Below are positions 30,174-42,198 of a stretch of 64,000 nucleotides of DNA, piece by piece. Both the position numbers and the translations under genes were made by a program. The notes under the pieces are model-generated. The model ran no database searches. It was not told the origin of the DNA and worked only from the letters and a program-made list of their open reading frames with translations. The first letter of the stretch is position 1; each line of letters opens with the position of its first letter. The DNA lies in the NCBI GenBank assembly GCA_000934665.2, contig JYFJ02000088.1, forward strand, positions 124,001-188,000, read 5' to 3'. The DNA is from Catajapyx aquilonaris (taxonomy: Eukaryota).

Positions 30174-33100
30174 CGCCCTAATCAGATTGGAACTGCCCAA
30201 ACGGCAACCCGCCATGGAAATAACGGCTCTGACGCGTTTCTCACTCTCTTCTCCGGTCGACCAGACCTGTCCGCATAGCTAATGTGACCTGGTCAGATCT
30301 GGTCATTGGATGAAAAACACGACCAACCGTGGTTGCCAGATGGGAGGGTGGGTGATGCAGGGTGGCCAGACCCATTGGGTGTGTACCTCCGTCCTCCTCC
30401 TGTCCCCCTGCCATCGGGTGTGCTGTTGGGAGCACCGGAGGAAGCCGCGGAGCAAGTCCCGCCGCGAAGGAGGAGGAAAGGAGGAGGAGGAAAGAGGACA
30501 GAGAGAGCACTTCTTGGCCCCCCCACTGAAGGACACCCCCCCCTGCGGTGTACCGGCAGCCCCCTGTCCACTTGACATGTGCCCGGATCCACTCGAAGGA
30601 TCGGGTCACAGACACTCCTTGACACTCGACACAGAACAATTCGGTCGGGACATCAGCATAAAAATGCGGCTGTGAAACAAGTGGTCGGATATATCTTGAT
30701 GACTCTTCCAAGTTGTGCGGCACGTGCAGAAGACAGATTGACAGACGGCGGGGGTTGCGTTGCGGTTCCCTTTGAATTGAGCACATGCAATACGTACAGA
30801 TAGATGTTCGTCAGTCAACTCCAGTTGGGCTTCACTTGAAACTTCTGAATTAATACTGCTGATGAGTGTGATGATGAGCAGTAATATGAATCGGTGTTAA
30901 ACAGTTCGTCGTGTGTGGTTCTGCAGTATATGCAGAGTGTATCGATCCTCGTGGGTATGTCTGTCCCAGATGTTATCCTTGGCCGCGTTTTGTCTACAGC
31001 GGATTTGTTCAAGGTTAACCCTGAGGAGTTGGTCTGTTATCGATGTTCTTATATATTTGCATTGGGATCACCTGTCAGAAGTATATATAGGGTCGGATGT
31101 ACCAATCGATACACTTCGATTCACCGTTAATAGTCATCATTCACACGAAGTCGTCCACTGACAGCATCTATCATATAGACATACCAAGTACCGGGAAGTC
31201 CGGGGTGTGTCGTATACCTGTTTTTTTTTGTACAGTACTTTTAAAGTTCGCACTCATCATGATCATCAGATATCATGAACACAATTTTTCGACAGTTGTC
31301 ATGATGCAGGCTTGTACTTCGGAACATACAGCACTGTACTGTTGAAGCACACCGAGAACATACACTGTACATCCGATCCCCGTGTGCTGTGTATACAACA
31401 ATAGAGAGCGAACCGAGCGAACAGCATGTTGATCTCTCGCGCTCTCTCCAATAGTACAGCAGTTACAGTACATATGTATGCGTATGTATGGAAACTGCCT
31501 TGGGTGGGGCCGCCCCCGTATCCGCCCCTGGGGTCTGCCACAGGGATGTGCGAAGGGTGTATGTTGCTGGAGGGGTGTTGATGCGGAGAGAGGCTTTGTC
31601 GCGCTCCATCATGATGGTGGTGGTGGTGGTCCCCGTCACGCAATGGGGAATCCTTCTCCGTTGCTCCTCTACCTCGCTTCTCTGCCAGGGGGACAGAAGG
31701 CGTCGGGAGGTCTCACCATCCCTCAAATGGGCGTCATCCACCACCCGGAAAATAATTGAAATTTCTGATATAACCAGGCCAGCTGCTCACTACACAATTA
31801 GCGATATAAAAATTATAAGCAATTAACCTTCAATTGGGCATAACTTGTATTTTAAACTGGCAGTAGGCCTCTACTCCTCTTTTTTCATCCCCTTTCACAA
31901 TCTTCTGCAATGATCCATTGTTTCGCAATGGATGGCCCACATGTCATGCTGACGGGTCTGGTGGCTGTCCACCACGTGGCCAGTCATCGCTGGCGAATTG
32001 ACCAATGGATAATTAACCAATGGTTTTAAATATGTTAAAAAAAATAGTTTGTAAATGGAGTGATGGAAGCCTCCATTGCATGCCGCAGCAGGCTGAATAA
32101 AAAGTGAACAAAATGAGTTGATTCGTGACTGAACTCGGTACAACTTTTGCAATTGTGCTTGCTACCTCTCCGCACTCCTTCTCCTCTGTTCACTAGCCCC
32201 CACTTTTGCAGCTCAGCGTAATATTACGGTACATTTCCGTTTTTCTATGGTAAAGCGCCAGAGGTGTTTGCCGGCAATGAAATAGGACTTTAAAGTCAAT
32301 CGTATGCAAAAGAATATAAAACCAACAGTCGTCTCAAGTGTTTTTATTGTGGAATCACATGACTTTCCAATTTCTGACTTGCTGTATACAACAGTAAGTC
32401 AACATCAAAAATACAGGGCATGTCAGCAAATCACAAACATTCCCCCCCTCCACGTTTATCATAATAAATAAATGCTGAAAACATAGTTTTACCCAATGCG
32501 CAAATCAAGCCATCAGGTATGTGCCTGTCATAAATAAACACGACCTTATACTTTTCCCTTCTCTTCGTGCATCAGTACCTCCTCGTCCTCGACACAATCC
32601 AATTAGCTCATCCACATGACAGTTTCAAGACACACGCAGGAATTTTTTAAATTGGAGTGAAACCTGAGATTCAAGAATAAACTGGACAAATAGTCATGAC
32701 CCTGGAGTGATACGAGCAATGCATTAAAATTCAGCTATCAGTTAATTCTGACGCAGTATTTTTGACAGAAGGGTATTGCATCGGCCATGGTTAATCACCA
32801 AGCTCTTATGATGTTATTATCTACACTATGCCCAATTGCTCACCCTAATGTTGTTTGTGACTTGATTTGACACAGTTTGACTCGCACCATTGCAGTATGT
32901 TCTGATGTATCAGTCTTTACTGCCAGTGTCATTTTGATCCAACCTGTATGTACAAACACAGCAGATGACATGAACTGGCCAACTGCATTACACATGTACT
33001 TAGTACAATTAATTACAACTAATATGATGTCAGGGAACGAAAGCACACTCCGACAACTGATGTCACCATTTTTGTCATTAACAAGTCACAACAAAATGAA

Positions 33101-33922
33101 ACGTGACGTCAGTGCATTTTCAAACACTGGAGTGTCGTTATGAGCTCAGTCGTTTCCAGCTTTTGAAAACATGTTACGTCTTTAAACATGGTAACCAACA
33201 ATAAATAAATATTAAAGATTCATACCTTGTGTACACAGATAAAGGAGGATCCAAGTTCTTTCTGGCATGTCATTATCAAGAAGCAACATTGAGCCTTAGA
33301 GAATTGGCATGATTTGTTAAACGTAGAAAACAACTCTTAACACACTCAATGACACCACAAACATGGTTTGCTTGATTTTGGAAAGAGGAGTTAATTTTAT
33401 AACTGGTGATAACCTTGGGAGACATGAATATTAATTACACTTTTAAGAAACTCACATCGTTCTTATCATTCCTAATGGTCCTCTTTGTTCACTTGTCATA
33501 CAGCCATCTGAATAAAGTGTAAAAATTGAATCCTTTTGAATCACAATCCTTAGTAAACATCACGGTATTTAGATGGGTAAAGATGTCACTTGTCACACAA
33601 AAAAAGAGACAGCCTTTTGTAAGAATAAGTATTTTAAGGCCTTCTTACGCCTCCTTTTAGCTTCGAGTCATTTTTTTCACAAAGCTATACCCTTGGAATT
33701 CTTGAAAGTGAAATATCAATCCGAGACTACTAAAAAAATATGTTTCTGAATATTATTTACATACAGAATGAGGATGGAATATCCACCCGCCATTCTCATG
33801 TTAACACATACAGGCATTTCATAAGTGTTAGAATGTGCAAGTTACCATGTATGCTTGGTCTTGACTATGGGCAGGAACAACATTATCTTAAAAATCACAT
33901 TTGCAGGGGCAGGTACGCTTGC

Positions 33923-36900
33923 TCATTTCTTCTTCTTCGGAGCATCTTCTGGCTTGTCCTTCCGCTTCTCCACATCCTTCTGCATATCCCTCAACTGCTT
34001 CAGTACTGAAGTAAGGCGTGTGGCTAACTTGATCACGTCATTTGGGTCGGCCTCCTTGCACAGAGTGACGGCATACATCTTCTTGTATGCCTCTGCCCAT
34101 GCCTGGCCTTTTTCTCCTCGCTTTGAATTGGCCTTGGTCAGCTTGAGGAGGACCCCCTGAAGTGCCTGACGAAGTGACACCAGCAACTTCCGCTCTTCTT
34201 CTCTTTCACCTCTAGCTGCAGTTGCAAAGAACATAATGTAACAATAATGATAATTGTTGTTAGATGTTCCTTACCTTCCGTGAGCATTTGCACTGCAGGG
34301 GCTGCTTGCAGTAATGTGTCAAGTGCAGAGGGCAATGATTTGTTATCATTGACTCCATTCTCCTCCAGCAACAACGCTTTGTCTAAGTATATCCTCAGAA
34401 TTTCCCCTCCACTTCCAATGTAGGTGAAAGTGTCAGTGGCATTGGCATAGTGCGTCCGGGACTGCTGTAGGAGCAGCCGCCGCCGAGAATCATCCCTTTC
34501 CCCACCAGTACACACGAGGGAGCTGGACAAGTACAGGTTGCCAAGCTGGCGATAGATGGTGCCAATTCGCAGCTCACGGGCTTGCCAGTTGCATGTCTTG
34601 TCATCTTCGCAGAGCTTCAAGGACTGGTGGTAGAGCTCGGAAATCTCCCGGTCACTGTCGTCTCTTACCTGTATGTCAATGAGGGGGGAGGGGGGAAATC
34701 ATCCAGTCAATTCCATATGTTAGTCAAATTATTACAAGAGAATACAATATATAAATGAGATGTGTACTACAAGGCAATTGCCAATGAAAAGAAACTTCGG
34801 ATCTATACACATGACTGACCTTCCCAGTGGTCTTCCTGTAACAATGTTGCATCCTCTCGGCCATGCAGTACATGGTAGTGTGCAACTCCCTGTTGATTAA
34901 CTCCCACGCCATTGGTCCATTCTCCTTGACTCCAAGGATCCTCAGGGCCTTCCTGTAACAGGTCTGGGCTTGGATGTGGAAAAGCCTCTCATTTTCCCAA
35001 TCTCCCTCCACACCCATCTCATCTTGAGACTTGGATGCATTACTCTGCTTGGCGGTAAAAAGTGCCATGGTTCTCATCAGCTTGCCCTTATTAGATGCCA
35101 CCAACGATGCATTGAGCTTGTCTCCAACTTCCTGCAAGATGTTCGTGTTAGAGTGAAGACATGTCACACCGATATCAACAAAGCAAAGGAAAGCAAAGCA
35201 GACATCCCCTCACCTTAAATTGCTTTACACTGGACTCAAAGTAGCAACTACTCTTTGCAAATAGTGTTTCCACAAATCCAGTTGAGGTACCACTCCCTGT
35301 GACAATATCCATGGTGTATTGCAGGTAGGTATTTGCCAACTCATTGTATACACCAGCTATCTTTGACCTCACCCGATGCTGGCCTTTCTTGTCTTCGGCC
35401 AGTGCATCCACTGCTTCTTCAAAGCAGTAAATACCACCCTGCAATGCCTCTTCCCTGGATTGTGGCATATTTGGAATCAACTCAGGTGAAGCTAGGAGAT
35501 GCTTCGCCAGCTTCCTCTCAGGTTCTGTGCACTGCCTGTAGGCTCTTGTGTTTTCTGCCTTCCTATCCCAATCAGTGGTTAGAATCAGGAAGGCTTCGCC
35601 TAACTGCTCAAGCAAGAACCGCCGCAACGTGGGATAGACGCCCCATACTCGGTGCACTTCCAGGCAAGACAGCATTGCAAGGCGCAGGAGATGCAGGCTC
35701 CTTCCTGGGTTATGTGCTCGTGTGTTGAGTTCTGATTCAGCCCCCATGATCAGCACTGTCTTCTGGAGGAGGAGGAATCGGAGGGAGTCCTCCCATGTCT
35801 CCGCCTGTGGCGGTGGGGGTGAGGTTTTGTAAGGCATGGGAATTGGCTGAAATGGATGAGCCATTCTTGGTTGGGACTCCTCGCCAGCCCCTTTCTTCTG
35901 AGACATGTGAATGCAGTCCAATGCACCCACGACGTGCACCAAGGCCTCTTGACAACGCTCCTGCAGCGACCCCACAATTGGGGGTGGCCGGTACTTGTCC
36001 TGGACAACTCGATGTGGGATGAGACGTCCGGTGCATAAAGTAGGAACACGCACGTCACCAACTGCCTCCTCCTCCCAACCTTCACAGTCATCCCATTGCT
36101 CACTGTCATTGTCATCATCTTCCTCGTCACTCACATGGGGGGAGGCTGGGTCCAAGCTCTCAGGAACATATAACTCGGACAGCATATAGTGTGCCGATGC
36201 AACCTCCTAGAATCAGAAGCAAGCATTTGAAACGTATCCAATTTAAGACGCAGATATATTGGTGCTTCAAGCACAGCAATTAAACAGAAAGTGCCGAGGA
36301 CAATGAATTTACAGATGGTTGAAGGCTGAATTTCAGCAGCTAAACAGTTTTAAAGTTATAGCACAGAATGTGGCTGAAATGAAAATAAATAAAAACTACA
36401 TGTGGCATACCTTCGGATGCTTTTCCGGGTTTAGTAAAGAGAGGCAATTGATGAGCAAGGCACGAATGGTGGAGTGCTTCTTCTTGCCATCATGAGAATG
36501 CTTCATCATGTTGCACCCCACACGGTACAGCAGGAGTCCAACCGGAACAGTGAAAGGATTCTGATCTTGGTCTTCAGAAACTTGCATTCCAAGGGAAGAC
36601 AGGTCGTAAAGTTTCACCACATCATCGTTTTTGGCTGAAAAAAAGAGGAAACAATATTTATATGCCCTGAAAGTCGCCTATTACAGCATTTAAAAATCTG
36701 AAGAGCCCACAATGTTTGTGACCCAGGTAAATATGCCGCAGTACTAACCTTTGAATAGCCAGTAGGTGTGGCCAGCCTTGGTGGCATTTGCTTTTAGAAA
36801 GGAAAGGATGTGCTGTGCTATGTCACGGATAACCTTAGGAGAAAACCTGCCCATCATAGCAGTTGTTAGTTACAAGTTTCAAAATAATGCCATTTAACTT

Positions 36901-39900
36901 ATCATTTGGTGCACTCACTTAGATGAATCCATGTGTGGAAGGTCCTCTGTTTTGATCAGCTCATACTTCTGCACAATTCCTTCAAGGTGGTAGCACATGA
37001 CCACTTCCGGAACATTGCACATGAGATTGTCCAGCCAGTAGTCTATTCCAGTCAGTACGCTAATTGGTTTGCTCATGTCCCTATAAATTGGAACACGTTG
37101 CATTCATTTGCTTAACTGAGGGGCCTCTTTTGGCCTCTTCTGAACCCTTATCATCCCAACCTTGCCCCTGTGACACTAGATCCAGGTGTGCAGCCTATTC
37201 TCGTAACTCAAAGCCTCAGGAGTCAGGAGTGCAACATTTTGTGTGACTGGTGTGAATAGGACATTACGTTAACACCTCGAAGGCAGCATTAAACAAGTTC
37301 GAGAGAAGGCACGACTCCTGCTGTCACTGCGTTAAGGCAGATTGCACCCATTAGCACCCACCTCAATCGCAGGCTCACACATGGATGTGTCCCACTTCCA
37401 AATATGGGCATGTCGGTTCCAATCAACATCTGTATGTCCTCAAAGGTCCAAAGGACATTACGGGCAAATTGTGGATTTGATCCTGTGGATGCAGCGTCCT
37501 CACTCTCACCAGGGAGTCGACTCAACTTCTCCTTTAAGTAATAAACAAGCCCAAGAGGTCAATATTGTGTCTCTACCAAAGCCTTTGTACTGGGGTTCAA
37601 TTGCAACAGAACTGTGGAGTGCACAGTAATGCACATAATTTTACCTTGGTTGAGACAGGCACGGGTGAGTCTTTACTGTGTTCCCCACTGCTGCTGCTTC
37701 CTTCTTCACTTTCAGTTGACTTGTCCATCAAGCTGTGATACAAGAACTTGGACACAAGGCTCTTGTGCTGAAGGTTGTCTCGACTCTTGTTCTTCCGACA
37801 AAACTTCTGCAAAAGTTTAGAACAAAATAACTCTCACTTTTCCATCGATTACTAAAAATAACATGCCTGCTCTCCCATGCTCTTCAGTATGTTCTCCATG
37901 TAGAACTTCTTCAACCACTCCCATTCTGTTTCTGCTCGTCTCAGCAAATGGCGATGGATGTCAAACTCATCGATAAGCAGTGTGTTGCCTATCCTGTGAA
38001 CCATCATGCTCACCTACAAGAAACAGGAGTGTGGTTACATATTTGGCAACACATAATTTGCACTGACAAGTGAGTGTCTCCTACTTTTAAAATTGACTGT
38101 TAAGAGCTAATGGCATTTAAGTTTGCCTGTGGAGTATTAGGCCACATTTACAAGTGAGCGATTTGATCAGCAATGTGCAGCTATTATCTTCACTGAGTGA
38201 GGAAACCAATTCTTTACTTCCAAACCCCAATTTGCCCCAATTGTTACTTTCGCACCAAACAACTGGTTTCATCGCTCCGCAGTAATGAAATTGCTCGCAT
38301 GTAAACGTGGCCTCAATATGTGGTGCCTCATTATTATTGTTAGATGTACCATAATTATTACATCACGTAAGTGGCATGCCAGTGTAGTCAAGATCAACCA
38401 GTTTTTAGAAATGCATGATCTGGTGGCTATACCGGCGTGCCGGTCTAAGTGAGGTATGCCGGTATAAGGCGAGGTTTTCACATAAGTTACATTATCCTTT
38501 CTGAACATGACATTTGCCTGAAAATCGAAATTCACGTAAAGGCTATCGAAAAGGCACATTTTCCAAATAGGGTACCGGTACCATATATTGTTTTCAATTG
38601 CAGTGTTTGACAATAATCTCTATTTAAACAGTATGCAGGGGGTTCCCCTGTCAAAGCAGGCTGATGATGGGATTGGTCATACACTCTACATTTTTTTAAT
38701 GCACTGTGCAACAGAACTGACATATTCTCACAGCCTGTACACTCACCCATTTTCATTGTAACATTATTTTAGTATGGTACCAGAAGCATTCCAAAAAATT
38801 TGGCAAGGATCAAAATTACGGAAATCTACCTCGGTTATTGTGGCATGCTGGCCACCCCTGGGTTATACCGGCATGCTGGTCGATCTCGTTTTATACCGGC
38901 ATGCCTCAATATGAGAGGTAATACGGTAGCAATGAAAAGGGCTGATAAAAAGGCTCTTTCACACGTTTATTGATTTTTTTGAACCTGTTCAAAATGTGGA
39001 ATCTCCCAATGCTTTGTTATGGGAATACGGTAACAATTGTCAACCCAAAATTGCCGGCAAACGGCACTATTTTTTGGAAAGAATAGAATATGTCACTCGG
39101 AAAAGAAAATAAAGCCCATGTTGATTTTTTTGGGATATACAACTGTCCTAATTTTTGAAATTAACCCTTTCATTTATTAATATGACCAATATTATTTTAC
39201 CTGAAGGATTGAAGTCAGAGTTTACCTTGATCCTTTGTGTTGGAGTAGGGGGTTCCCCTCCCAAAGCAGGCTCCCCATGGGATTGGCCACACTTTATGCA
39301 CTGTGCAACAGATGGATATTCTCACAGCCTGGTACACTCACCCATATTCACAGGGTAAATCACTCATCAAGGCTGTCGTACAGTACTGTATAAGGCAGTC
39401 CGTTGTAAGCTCAACTGCCGAGTGATTTACCCCTTGCCCATATTTCACCGTAACATTATTTTAGTACAGTACCAGAAGTATTGCAAATTATTTGACGAGG
39501 ATCAAAATGATGAAAATCTACCTCGGTTGTTGCAGCATGCCGCTTTAAGTGAGGTAATACGGTACGAGTATGGTAACAATTAAACTTCACGGCAGTATTT
39601 GCTCAATTCCTACGACTTACGGATCGTTTGCTGTACGGTATCTTCAGCAGCTTCTTGATATTTTCTGCGTCAGAAACCACATCCACTTCGGTTATGCAGT
39701 CGGTGAACATATTGGCCATCCTGAAGCTAAAATTACACATTATGAGCATTGTTGTCATGACTTTCACGAAGCTGCATGAAAAAATTCAAGACGTATCGTC
39801 CAGCTTTAAAACATGGAAGTCGCACGATGTAACTACCTGGTCAAATGATCAGACGCTGTGCATGAGAATGGAAACCCATGCCACTTGTCGGCCTGCCTGA

Positions 39901-40272
39901 GCCAGTTGGCCGGGGGCAGGTTGAGGTTGGTGTTGTGCTGCAGCTGTGCGTAGGTGGCCGGTATCTCAGTGAAGGAGTACTTGAGCACCGCAGTGGACTT
40001 GACGGAGAGCGGCCTCTCTGGTGAGTACACTGGTACGCATGCGGTGGTGGGCTCGCAGCCCTTTTCTTCCTCAGACGTCTCCATCATCACCTGCAATGTG
40101 GCCATGCTGCCTCAGCTCTCCCAATAATAAACCAAACCTGTGCCTCTTTCACCTCTTCCTTGCCAGTTCCTGTTTCGTCTCCGCGTGGCGGCCGCTGCCT
40201 GGCCTTGTTCCCTGGCCTGGCTACCAACGGAAGGAGTGGAAGATCTCTAGAAGGATCCGCAGACAGACGCAT
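33923..40272 (-). CDS. EDRF1: Erythroid differentiation-related factor 1 orthologue (~1150 aa)
   Basis: Recognised blocks NLNLPPANWLR, DVVSDAENIKKLLKIPYSK, FARNVLWTFEDIQMLIGTDMPIFG, LTGIDYWLDNLMCNVPE, KAGHTYWLFK and DVVKLYDL. Exons 40138-40272 (tentative), 39837-40090, 39621-39726, 37867-38013, 37645-37806, 37362-37531, 36919-37080, 36749-36846, 36411-36634, 35214-36206, 34820-35131, 34275-34668, 33923-34215. Confidence 0.92.
38636..39565. repeat. Two direct, diverged copies of a TE end (~38636-38928 and ~39248-39564) in EDRF1 intron
   Basis: Both copies start GGGGGTTCCCCT..CAAAGCAGGCT, share ATTCTCACAGCCT and AATCTACCTCGGTT, and end GAGGTAATACGG|TA. Confidence 0.8.
39349..39436. mobile_element. 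88 bp mini-element with 8 bp TSD (hAT/P-type signature)
   Basis: CCCATATT|CACAGGGTAAATCACTC ... GAGTGATTTACCCTTG|CCCATATT. The insert is absent from the sister copy at ~38750. Confidence 0.85.
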
Positions 40273-40450
40273 GATCGACGCGCCATCGTTGCGACGCACT
40301 CCTGCGAAACCAACATACAATTTGGCACCGTCGGGAAGAGGGCGCCTCTGATTGGCCGGCTCAGAACACCGCGCACAGTTTGAATCCGGCTGAACACTGA
40401 ATCGGTCTGAATCATTCAGAGAGTTTATTTCAACTGGGGTATATACACTT

Positions 40451-41027
40451 TCAGTGCCGAAAGAGGATGAGGATGGCGGTTGTGAGGTGCAAGAGTCGGT
40501 TGGGTGTCCTCCGTGGTGCTGTGTTGGTGTGGTCTTCGTCGTGGTATGCACTCGTCATGGTGGGGATGGGGGAATAGGACACCTGCTCTTTCTTTTGTGG
40601 CACAGAAGCACTCTTGGCCGAATGGCAGCCCCAGGTGTTCTTTTGCTCTACACACTGTTGGATGTGAGAAAGAAACAATAGTCTTATCAACAATGTATAC
40701 CGCACAGTGGGCAGGTGTGAAAAGTGATACCTGACAACTAGGCTCCACGTGTGGGTACTTTGTTGTGGTGTAAGTGACGCGAACCACCTTCACGGCTCCA
40801 GAGATGCATCCTGGCTGCTCTTTTACTGGAGAATCTGAATTTTCCAGCCACACGTCCCATTCTCCCGATGGGTTTGTCTCCAGCGGTATGCTGTCGGACT
40901 GATAACAAAATGATAATGACTACACTAAATGCTACATAGTATTGTGCAGGTGATGGCTTACAGTGTCCAGGGTGATGACACTGCTGAAGAAAAGAGCGGC
41001 AGTGATCCCGAGAACAAGCCGTACCAT
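40451..41027 (-). CDS. Small uncharacterised secreted, possibly GPI-anchored protein (~145 aa)
   Basis: Signal peptide MVRLVLGITAALFFSSVITLD. Exons 40962-41027, 40731-40898, 40451-40654 joined by canonical phase-0 introns. Four Cys, hydrophobic C-terminus LLHLTTAILILFRH* and AATAAA 22 nt after the stop. Confidence 0.65.
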
Positions 41028-41382
41028 CACTAGACCTGACTCAAAATAAAACAGCAATAAATACAGGATTCATTATACAAACTGTGCAACTATACCTTTT
41101 TTGCGAGAAAAAGTGGACTATCAATACAATTAGGTAAATCAATAAATTGTGATATTTGTTCCTCGATGTGGCCCATAAACTGCGGTCCGGTATCGGTAAA
41201 GTGCTGTATCTCAGCAACAGATGTATTGTTACCAGGTATAAGAAAGCTGTCGTCATGTTGAAGAGCCAAAAGTGGGGTTGTTTACACCTCTTCCTTAGAT
41301 TCATTCCAGTTCATTGGTTATCACCAGCCGAAGTTGAGCTGCTAGATAAGTGCGTTCTTCCGCTGTGGAACAATAGGACAAG

Positions 41383-41976
41383 ATGTCGCTTCAAAGTGAA
41401 TGTAAGTTGACATTTGGAATGCAATTACACTATCCGCTGTTGTCAGTTTCTGGTTCCTCTTTCCCAGGTTCTGAAGGCTCCTCAATGTCCCCAGCCTCTG
41501 GAGATTACACGTATGACTCATCTGGTTCCTTCGACGATAAGTCTATTTCCTCGACAGAAGGAGAAGAGGAGTCGGTCGAGCCCTTTTCTTCGGCAGTGCT
41601 TGTAATTATAACATTGTCAATTGGTGGTTGTACAGTACGTATAACATAATTGCGTGGTCTTTCACAGGATGCGTTGAACCTGCATGAGGAGCTCATGGCC
41701 GACCCAGAGTTCGAGAGGAGCCGCGTTAGCTCCCTGCCTGTCCGAGAGTACATGGAGGCGACGGTGGTCCCCATCCTGCTGATGGGCATGGCCGCAGTGG
41801 CCAAAGTGAGGCCAGACGACCCCATCACCTTCCTGGCCGCCTTCATCATCAAGAACAAGGTAGGGTACACCCAGCCTGCAGCCGATGCATCTCAGTCTGA
41901 GCAAACCGCCACCAAAGAGAGTTTCTGGTCCATGTTTACCTGTTCCGCTGAAGACCTGCCATTCTCTGCAGTCTAG
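41383..41976 (+). CDS. DPY-30 domain protein (divergent), ~160 aa
   Basis: SLPVREYMEATVVPILLMGMAAVAKVRPDDPITFLAAFIIKNK matches the Dpy-30 motif. Exons 41383-41401 and 41447-41601 (tentative), then 41668-41976. AATAAA at 41993. Confidence 0.8.
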
Positions 41977-42198
41977 TAGGCCTACTGATGTTAATAAAAG
42001 AATGTTTTCTGCATGCAATGGATTTGTTTCGCACTGGTCTTACAAGAGCAGTGAATGACCTTCTCATGTACTTACTCTTATGTGTACTTACTTTAGGGCA
42101 TTTTATTAGTGCAATACACTACAATTGAGGTGTAATATATGAGCGACACAGAAGTGAGATGCAGCCTACATAATTTAGTTGAAGTGTCTCATTGAGCC

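Noticed and set aside
32560..33300. Possible spliced minus-strand exons downstream of EDRF1
   Set aside because: The joined frame stops within a few codons; at most UTR or non-coding.
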